From the human T2T-CHM13v2.0 reference genome, Homo sapiens, in assembly GCF_009914755.1 (NCBI RefSeq), contig NC_060925.1: a stretch of 64,000 nt of DNA; one strand, given 5' to 3'. Under the pieces are notes generated by a model. That model was not told the DNA's origin, searched no databases, and saw only the letters and a program-made list of their open reading frames with translations. Shown in pieces: positions 53,403 through 64,000 of the stretch. Position numbers and translations under genes: made by a program. Position 1 is the first letter of the stretch, and each line of letters opens with the position of its first letter.

Positions 53403-56148
53403 CTACCGGTCAGACTCCAGGTCTTATATCTTGAAACTGTAAGTCCCTGAATTCACAGACAATTCAGAGTAAGGATGGAGGCAAAGAAGAGGACCTTGGG
53501 TTTACTGTTCACGAGGTAGGTGGGGAAGGGCTTGAAAAACAGAGATATAAACTGCATTTGTACCCCATGTCAATGGGAGTTTTAAGATTTTGACCAATTT
53601 GATGAATTGGAGCTCATCTGTCACTAATTGTTCTGTCTTCAATTAAAGTGCAAGCTTATTCTTGGGCCCGCAATATTTGAAATATGTGCTTGTTACTCTG
53701 TCCTAAAACTCCATTCTGTCATCATCTTTGGAAATGGGCTAACTCTACATTTTGTATGCAAAAATTTTGTAAATATTCCAAATTGGGATATTGATAGGCT
53801 TTTTAAATTAGAAGATACATTTAATTAAATTAGGATTAATTAAATTATGAGCCAAATTAGGAGATAAATTTAATTTAAAGCATCGATATGCTCTTGTCTC
53901 TCATCTTCCCTCTTTTTTCATCTCCTGACCTGGTCTTGGAAAAAACATTTGCTGATTAAATGTCCTGCTAGATGACCTCATAAAGGTGTTCAGTGATGAA
54001 GAGGAGTGGCTGAAGAGGTAAGGAGAACACTCAAAGCAACAACAGCAAAACGTACAGTATGAAGGGGGTAGTCATAAGGTCAGTCCATAACCCTGCCAGC
54101 ATCATCCAGATAGAAGTGGATCTGCTATCCCTCCCCACACCTGACTTCACTACCTGCACACCCACAAGCAGGGCAGCACTAGCCCCCAGTGCTCTTCTGT
54201 GCATATTAGAGTCTTCCCTGGAGGGCTCAGTACCTTGCTGGGACTCATGGCATGGGGAGCAGAACCCAGGCTGAATTTCAGTCCCTACAAGGTTTTAAGT
54301 ACAGGGATCAGCCTGCACAACCGAATGGGAGGCCCGGCCCTCATCTGCCCTTCTGTAACTTGTCTTTCCCTGCCAGGCCTCCCTCGGAGCTCATTGTTGA
54401 AATCTGGCATCCAGAGCTATGGATTCCCCGCTCTGCCATTTACAAACTGTATGATTAGGGCTCATCAGTTCATCTCTCTGAGTTACTTTCTTTTCTGAAA
54501 TGGAGGTAGGGCTACTTCTCTCACATGGCTTTATGAGGGTGAAGTGGTTTCCAATGAGCACTCATCTGGATATTCTAGGCCCATCCACTCACATAGCTAA
54601 TGACACTCCTTCTTTACAAGATGAAGGATTAGGAGATGATTTTAAATCTTTTAGCTGGAAGGGCCTTTAAGAGATACCTGTGTCTGTCTTGGGCCTTAGA
54701 GTGAGTAAAGGGACAGCAGGTGGTCAGGCCCTGCCAACAGCAGGATATTTTCTGCAGGTGCCCAACAGCAGCCCTGGAGTTGCCTCAGATCCTCCCACTG
54801 GAGGCTTCATTGCTGTATCTGCCATTCCATCCCTGGCAGGGATAGGCCAAGGTCTTAGATACCCTGGCACCCAACACTCCATACAGGCTTGTCTCTGAGC
54901 AGACTCTCGGTGAAGGCTATTGTGCTAGTCTGAGCAGAACGGGAGGTGCAGGGATTGCAGCTGTTCCTTCACTGCAGTGTCAGTTTGGAAATTTTCCCAG
55001 AAGACTTAGCTGGTGCCTCTTCTTTGATATTCATGAGTGTGTGAACACAACGACCCTCCTCATCTTTGTCGAACCCATTCCTCTTGGACCACACCAAGTA
55101 TAGTCCAAAAAGAAGGTGATTTAGGAGAAGTGTGAAGGCACCCTCAGTTCTGGCAAATTCTTGGGTATCCTGCAATTCTCACTCAGCAGCATCCCAACAA
55201 AACCAGAGAAAAGACCCGGGGCCGGGAGATGAGCCAGGAAAATAGCTTCATGTTTGACTTGAGGGTACAGGCATCTGCAGAAGCCAGCCTGGAAGACTCT
55301 TCATGAGCCCAGCTGCAAGGGGCATCCTAGAGCCAGTTCATGAGCCCAACTTTACAGAGGCATCAAGCTTCCCCTCCCCTAGAAAGGAAGGCTATAGAGC
55401 AAGCAGAATGTTTAAGACACAGGCTTTCAAGTGAGGCTGACTTGGATTAGCGGAACTAAGGATGACGTGGCCCTGTGCAAGGAACTTAATATCTCTGGGC
55501 TTCATTCTTTATCTGTTTACCTACCCCCAGGTCCTGAAAGTACCACAGAAATATCTGTTTTTATTCAGAGGATAATAAAACAGAATATTTACATATTGCT
55601 TCATATTCCCCCAGGATATTTTTAGATTACCACAATATCCTAAGAGTTTGTTTATGCATGCTTTATAGACCTGTATCTGTGGTTAAAAAAGATACATAAA
55701 TACTTTAAAATTTTATAATACAAGAGTATAAGTTACCTGATTTTTTATGTGTTCCGCAGATGGCTGTCTAGAGTCAACACAAACCTACCCCAAAGTTTGA
55801 CCTTTGCCTTAAGTCAGTAACTGAGGAGGGCCACGGTCCTGAGTTCAGTCCAGACCCCAGGAAGATTCAGAGCCTGCAGTTGTCCTCTGGTTTCTAAAGT
55901 ATGTTATTGGGCTAAAGATTTCAAGACATTTATCCTTCTTTGCTTTCTATCGCAGCCATTAAATGTTTTAGATATTTTCTGCCAGAAGGCAGGAATCATG
56001 AAGATAACAAATATTAAAGACAAAACCAAATAACTTTTAATGAGAAGGTCAGTCCGTGGTTTGAGTCTTTGGAAAGAAATCAAGAACTCTGACTATACTT
56101 GCTATTTGACCATTGATTCTCTAGTGGAAATGGGCAAATCTTTTATAC

Positions 56149-56361
56149 CAGGGCAAATTTTTCAGTAACGGGCCAGACAGCAAATATTTTAGGAATTGTG
56201 GGCCATACAGTCTCTCTCCCAACTACTTAACTCTTCAGCATAGCATAAAAGCAGCCATAAACAATACTACAACAAGTATGGCTGCATTCCAATAAAACTT
56301 TATTTACAAAAATAGGCAGCACGCCAGATTTGGCCCACAAGCTATAGCTTTCTGACCCCTG
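56149..56361 (+). mobile_element. MER58A hAT-Charlie element
   Basis: GGGCCAGACAGCAAATATTTTAGG...TTCCAATAAAACTTTATTTACAAAAA...TGACCCCTG. Confidence 0.88.
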
Positions 56362-56364
56362 CTT

Positions 56365-56835
56365 TGCCAAACTCAATAACAAACAGAGAGGGAGACTCTT
56401 TTAAAAAAATTATATTCATTTGGGAGTAGCATTGCAATGGGAATACGTGTGCCATAGCAAATTATGAGCGTATTCAAAGAGATTGGGGCAAGGGGAAGTT
56501 TATAAAGGCAAAACGAAGAGGATTACAATTGTTCAAATCAATTATCCTTGGCTACAAGGGTGGCACAAGTCCAAGCTTGAACAGGCAGTTGCTAGACAGA
56601 CATCCTTACAGAAGTATTTTCTGTGTAAGGTTGCAGTGGTCTTTTTGCAAAGCTATAGTAAATCACAGGGGTCAGTACAACCGTAGTGCAATGGATAAGC
56701 CTTGCCCTCGGAAAATCTTCGTGATCATGGTATCTCCCCTGCCAAATAAATATTGTGACAGTTCTTATCAGGCATTCATGTGTAAGAACTCTCCCTTGAT
56801 GGCCTTCCCTGGCTCCATTTGCCAGGGTTTTAACA
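56365..56835 (-). mobile_element. ERV1 LTR (MER67/MER31-like) interrupted by a U1 copy
   Basis: Reverse strand starts TGTTAAAACCCTGGCAAAATGGAGCCAGGGAAGGCCATC and ends TTATTGAGTTTGGCA. Confidence 0.6.
56660..56753 (-). pseudogene. U1 snRNA retropseudogene, 3'-truncated (about nt 1-97)
   Basis: Reverse strand ATATTTATTTGGCAGGGGAGATACCATGATCACGAAG...GGCTTATCCATTGCAC...CTGACCCCTGTGATTT matches the U1 5' half. Confidence 0.93.
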
Positions 56836-56935
56836 TAAATTACTCCATTTTGATTCGGACAACTTTCATAACTGCTTACCATCTGTGCCTCTGTGTATAA
56901 AAGTGGACATACTAAAATTTTTCCTTAGGGCTACA

Positions 56936-57263
56936 ACTAAACATCCAGCCTAGCCCTTAGCCAGCACCAAGGAAGAGGCCTGGGGGATAGAGGAACAAAT
57001 AATGAGACCAAGTCAGGCCATCCCCCATGGGGTGAGGCCTGCAGGTAGGTGGGCCCAGTGTGGTGTACCTCTAGCACAGTGCCTGGCACAAAATTGCAGT
57101 TTATTTTCTGAATAAATAACTCTTGGATCAATTGGTTGCTCTCTGGGAATGTGACTTTGCTGTTGAGTTGTGCAGAGTACTCTCTGTCTCCAAGCCAATC
57201 CCAGCTTCAGTATCTCACCCCACAATCCACATTTCCCAGTGTCTGGAGTAACAACAATGACCT
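56936..57263 (-). repeat. Inverted duplication, copy B
   Basis: Shares GTGGGGTGAGATA(T/C)TGAAGCT, AGTTATTTATTCAGAAAAT, GCAGGCCTCACC and GGATGTTTAGT with copy A. Confidence 0.9.
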
Positions 57264-58809
57264 GGGGCTGGGCTCTCAGCAAGTCAAACCCTGCCTCAAC
57301 AAACCCAAACTGCTTTGGGGACCAATGTGATGCAAATGTGTACTGAATCCCCTGAATTCCCCCTGGTGATCCTGTCCTGTAACAGGCCCTCCCCATCCCC
57401 TCAGGCCAGTGCATTCAGGAAATCAGTGACCACAGGATGGTTTCTCAGCTGGAGGGAAGGTCAGCCTGCATCTGAGCATCTTAGAACATGTTATTTTGTT
57501 CCCACTGGTCAATCCCGTCCAAGCTGTACACATAGTGCCTAAGCCACGTTTGTTACTGCAGGCCTGTCTTCGGAAAGGTCACTGAACAGAAGGAGGAGGC
57601 ACCTTACTCTCTTTTGTTACGTCTTCACCACTTTTGTCTAAAGGGAAGTTTAGCTGGAGGGCTGAGCACGCAGACAGGTTTCTGACTGTGCCACATAGAT
57701 CCCACATTGCTTCTCTGCCATGATTTATCATCTGTGACTTGACATGTTCTGCACACACGGGCATGTTGTACACATTGAGACATGCTTCCTGCATTCAAAG
57801 ATTTTCCCATATTGAGGGCATTTTCCTGGTGCAGAATTGAAGACTGAATTGAGGCATTCAGATTGACCTCAACATCTACGGGTCTGGAGGAGGTTTGGGA
57901 CGTTTCCTTTTCTTCTCTTCAGGGGCCCACTCCTGTTGTAAAGAGCAGCAGCATTTATAATGAGGGCCCAGGAAATGCGGGGGAGAGGGGAGAGCCTGCT
58001 ATCTCTGCAGTGGGTGACTGTTGTTTCCCTGATCAACAATGTATCATATCCCAGCCTAAGCCTGCCTTTCTCCTTCCCCCTCCACATGGGGAGGGGCCGT
58101 GGGCTCAGAGCTCACCTGGAATGCCTCTGGTTGCTGAAGGGCTGGATGGAGACTCTGAGACAACCTGATGGATCATCTCATAAACAGAGCCTGCAGGAAG
58201 GAAAAGAAAATTATGCCAGCATAATGCACTTACGAGAAATAGATACGTGCGGTGCAGGGAGAAATGCTTTGATATTAAAATTTTTGTAACTTAAAAAGGC
58301 ATGAAAAATGATACCGACCACTAACTAATCAACATTCCTTTGCGAATACAGCTTCAGTTCCTAACCAAAAACACATCCCTGCTATTGTCTTGTCTGGATC
58401 CAGATGCAAACATGATTAATTAAGTTTCTGGTGAGGAGTGGGACGAGGGCAGTGGGAACTGATGGCTTGCTGAGGATCCTTTTCATATACAGGCCTGGGG
58501 AGAATCCCTTAGTCTGGGTGCCTATTTCCCTCCACATGTCAGGGCTTACCCCGTGCACTGACAGCCACGGGGGCAGTGAGTAGGCTGCAGCCAGACCCAT
58601 GGAGTGAGGCAGTGAGAGGCTGAAAGGAGAGGCTCTACAGACAGTACAGGGAGGCTCTTGGTATCTCCCATTGCCACTGCACAGCACAGCACGGCAGAGT
58701 AGCAAACGCATATGCCATGTCTTGTTGGGAGACCTGGGCCCTGCTCCAGACTGCTACCAAGTAGTTTGGGACCTTGGATGAGCTGCCTCAATTTCTCCAT
58801 TTGTGAAAT

Positions 58810-60532
<1,723 letters not shown>

Positions 60533-61004
60533 AAAGGAGAGGTTGGATTAAATGTTCCTCAAAGTCTTCCATTTCTGGCTTTTTATTCCAGTGCCCAAAG
60601 TCCTTCACACAAAGCAGGTGTCTTATCAGTTGATTGGTCAGGCATGGCCACTATTTTTGGCCGTGGGCAAAGGAGTCTGGTGGGGACGGGGCTGAGAAGT
60701 ATGCTAGGTGAGTGTCTCTGGCACAAATGGCTGAGCTGCAGAGCCCCAAGCGGCATGGCAGGGACCAGGAGACCCGATTCCTGATCTGCCGCAGTTAACC
60801 TGGTGACTATGAGTGAGACACACAACTGCTCTCCATCTCAGTGTCCCCATTAGGAAACAGAAACACCAGGCCCAACCTACCCAAGTGTGTCAGGAAACTG
60901 AGAACTGCTCTGGTCTCATGCTGGGACGGTGGCACAGTACACCAAGTGGTATCTTCTCCCAAAGTCTGCTCCTGTGGTAGGAGTCATAGGTCATTGAAGT
61001 ACAC

Positions 61005-61255
61005 TATAATTGAGTGGTTAAGGTGGTGAGATCCAAAGTCAGGCTGCCTGCATTCAGATCATCCAGCATCCTAACCATTAGGCAAGTTACAGAACTCCTT
61101 TGGGCCTTGACTTTATCTGTAAAATGGGAATAATAATCACAGAGCATACCTCATGGGATTATTATGAAGATTAAACACGTTAAAAACTTAAAAATGCTTC
61201 TAATTATGCCTGGCACGTTCAGCAGGTATTACATAGGTGTTAGTTTTGTTACTGC
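61005..61255 (+). mobile_element. MIR
   Basis: GAGTGGTTAAG, GGCAAGTTAC, ATCTGTAAAATGGGAATAATAAT, ACCTCATGGGATT. Confidence 0.8.
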
Positions 61256-63267
61256 CAACCTCTCTCAAGCTTTGGGTGCCCACCAAATGTCCCTTTAGTG
61301 TGCACAGACTTGTGTCTTCTTCCAGGAGAGGGTAAGGAAAGCTGCCCAAACTTTCAGCTGCATGGAACAAGTACCTTCATTCATTCATTTCCAGGACAGA
61401 GATCTCCGAGTGCCCACAAGGTACCAAGCCCTATGCTTTGGAGGGTCAACGTGACTTTCCACCTTGGCTACCACCTGCATCCACCAGGAGAGCACACAGT
61501 GGGTGCCTTCCCTGCATGGTGAACAGGAGCAGCCTTGTGTATGAGTGAAAGAGTTTTATAAGGCCAGCTGGACCCCAGGGTGGTGCCGTGCCAGGTATAA
61601 CGCCAGAAGCTTCCCATCATACTTTAAGACTCTAGTGAGGGGATTTGAGCCAGAGCCAAGACTAGGATTTAGTGAGCTATTTGATTGGAGGTTTCGCTGC
61701 CTCCATCTAAAGCCAATTGATTCCACTAGTGGTTTACCCTTTCTCAACATCAGCTGTGACTGGCTGATTTTTTAAGATTACTATCCACACCCTCTCAAAC
61801 ATTAGAACAATGAATTTCCCAGTTCAAGTTCTATATTTTCTCAATTCCAGAGGAAAGAAAATGACTACTACATGTGTGTGATTTTGTCCCTGGGAGCATC
61901 TATGAAATATGCAGCATTCTCTTTCTAGCTGGGAAATCACTTTAAAAATACTATCTCTAATTCATCTTCATGTTTTCGACAGGGAGTTTGTTATTCCCGT
62001 TTCCCAGATGGAGTAACTGAGAGCAGAGTCAGGAGACAGCTTGCTCAAGGACCTAGAACAACAGAATGATTTGGTGGTGGGGCCAAGATTGAGTTCTTAT
62101 TTCCTGCCTCTCAATCCATTGCAACCCAGGAATGACCTTTCTGGGCAATGTTAGAAACATGACCATATGAAATGGAGAATTTAGATTACAATTCCCTGGA
62201 CCATATCCAGGACACTAAAATGAGTGTGTTGCACTTGTGAAATGCATTCTAAGAATTGTTTACTGTTCTGAATGTAAGTTAGGATGAAGCAGATCTTCTA
62301 CGGAGGCTCCAGGCTAATCCCAGCTTCCCTCCCCACCCAAGCCCCGTGGACAATGACTTGCAATCCATGTCAACAAAGATTTAACCCTTACAGTGTGCAG
62401 GGGACTGCTGGGCTGGATGTTTATAAACAAACCAAGATAAGACGGAACCTCCCTTGAAAGAACGGCATGAGGATGAATACAAAAATGAAATGTCAGGCCC
62501 CAGCCTGTACATAAACAGCCTTGTATATGTGAGTGGCATGTCCCATGCTCCAGCTGACCTATCAGGAAGCCTAGGGACAGTAGCAATACTTTTAGCAGAT
62601 GTGGCAGGCCTCCTCTCTGCATTCTAGAGTGGCTCCCACTCCCCTCCAATTTCAAATGACTCCTTATTTCAGGCTGCTTCTCTTGCCCTGGGACTTGGCC
62701 TTGTTGTTTGCGCTTTGGTTTTCCCTGCATTTTGTTCTCAAGGCCTCGGGTTTGGACTCACCCCCCTCCCAACTCCACCATTCTTCTAAGCCAAAACTGA
62801 TCTGAGGTCCCCTTTTAAAAAATTTGACACAATTTAACAGACATGTGTTGAGTGTCCAAGAGATACAAATACACTATAATTTGCATATCACTCAATAACA
62901 AGAATGATACTGTTTTCAAGGAATTTATAATTTAATAGGATGAGAAAAGAACTCATTAGGTTTCTTTCAAAAAAAAATGGAGGAAAAATACCTCTTGGCC
63001 ACATGCATATTTGAACAAAGGCAGAAGCTTGCCCAAATTCTTTCTAGAAATAACTGTGTTGGTTGAAGGTGGGTGGAAAAGAGGATAAAGGCATGGTAAA
63101 CATGGGATGTATTTCAGTTCCATGGTGGACTGAATGAAAACGTTTACAGATGTTGATACATGTTTGCTTGCTTTTTCAATTACAGTGAAGCAAAGTTCTA
63201 TCAACAGATGTTGCCCAGGGCCAATGCAGACAGAACCAACCATAGAGAAAGAGAGCATTAAGATTAT

Positions 63268-63647
63268 TGTATTAGTCAGTTTGGGCTGCCACAAAAAATA
63301 CTAGCCTAGGTGGCTTAAACAATATAAATTTATTTTCTCACAGTGTTGGAAGCTGGAAGTCCAAGATCAAAGTGTCAGCATGGTTGGTTTCTGGTGAGGG
63401 TGTCTTCCTGGCTTGTAGACAGCACCAACATGCTGCAACCTCACATCGCAGGGAGAGAGACAGCACAAGAGAGAGCAAACACTGGTGTCTCTTCTCATAA
63501 GGGCACCAGTCCCATCATGAAGGCCCCACTCTCAGGACTTCATGTAACACTAATTACCTCCCAGAGGCTCCACTTCCAAAAACCATCATATCGTGGGCTA
63601 GGACTTTAGCATGTGAATTTTGGGTGGACAAAATTCAGTCCATGGCA
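63268..63647 (-). mobile_element. MLT1A/MST-like MaLR LTR
   Basis: TGTATTAGTCAGTTTGGGCTGCC, GGCTTAAACAA, GCTGGAAGTCCAAGATCAA, ATTCAGTCCATGGCA. Confidence 0.88.
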
Positions 63648-64000
63648 GACATATAAATGATTTTGTCAAATTTCAAGTCAAAGCTAAATTTTCTCTAAGA
63701 TTATACTGCTTAGCATGGAATTAAATGAAATAATATATCTGAAATGCTCAGAAAAGTGTCAAGTCCATAATACAGACTACATCAAGATTTGCTAATGTTT
63801 TTGAAATCCTATTTGAGGTAACTTTAAACACCAGAAATCTATAGAACTATTCTTGTTAATTACTTATTTATGTTGGTATCATTATCACCTTAGTATTCTT
63901 ACCAAAATATCTGGGAGGACAGTTAACTTTTCACTTCCCATTTTATATGTGCAGCCTTCAGTAGTAAGATAATTAAGTTGTATGGGAGATTTAGAAAAAC

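Noticed and set aside
54900-55200. Possible exon between the inverted duplicates
   Set aside because: Only weak splice-like signals and no recognisable product; needs transcript data.

Overview
Human (primate) non-coding genomic DNA, roughly half of it interspersed repeats: Alu (J, S, Y and a human-specific AluYg6), L1, L2, MIR, L3/CR1, MaLR/ERVL/ERV1 LTRs and hAT DNA-transposon relics. I found no convincing protein-coding exon. The long ORFs are Alu, LTR12, microsatellite or low-complexity artefacts. Two truncated snRNA retropseudogenes are present (U2 at 43.2 kb, U1 at 56.7 kb). The most informative region is 50.9-60.5 kb. It holds a MER41B-type LTR with two intact STAT GAS motifs about 1 kb upstream of a CpG island. 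The island has GC boxes and near-perfect PBX-HOX and MEIS-posterior-HOX composite sites. Next come an old ~310-bp inverted duplication of composite, non-TE sequence bracketing 3.5 kb, and a full-length LTR12C carrying an AluYg6. Other points of note are two twin-priming-type inverted L1 insertions of very different ages, a near-complete ancient MaLR provirus, a tightly spaced inverted AluY pair and an AP-1/TEAD/RUNX enhancer-like cluster. Repeat subfamily names come from recalled consensus sequences, not a database search. I cannot name the locus, and I did not find a supportable new biological system.
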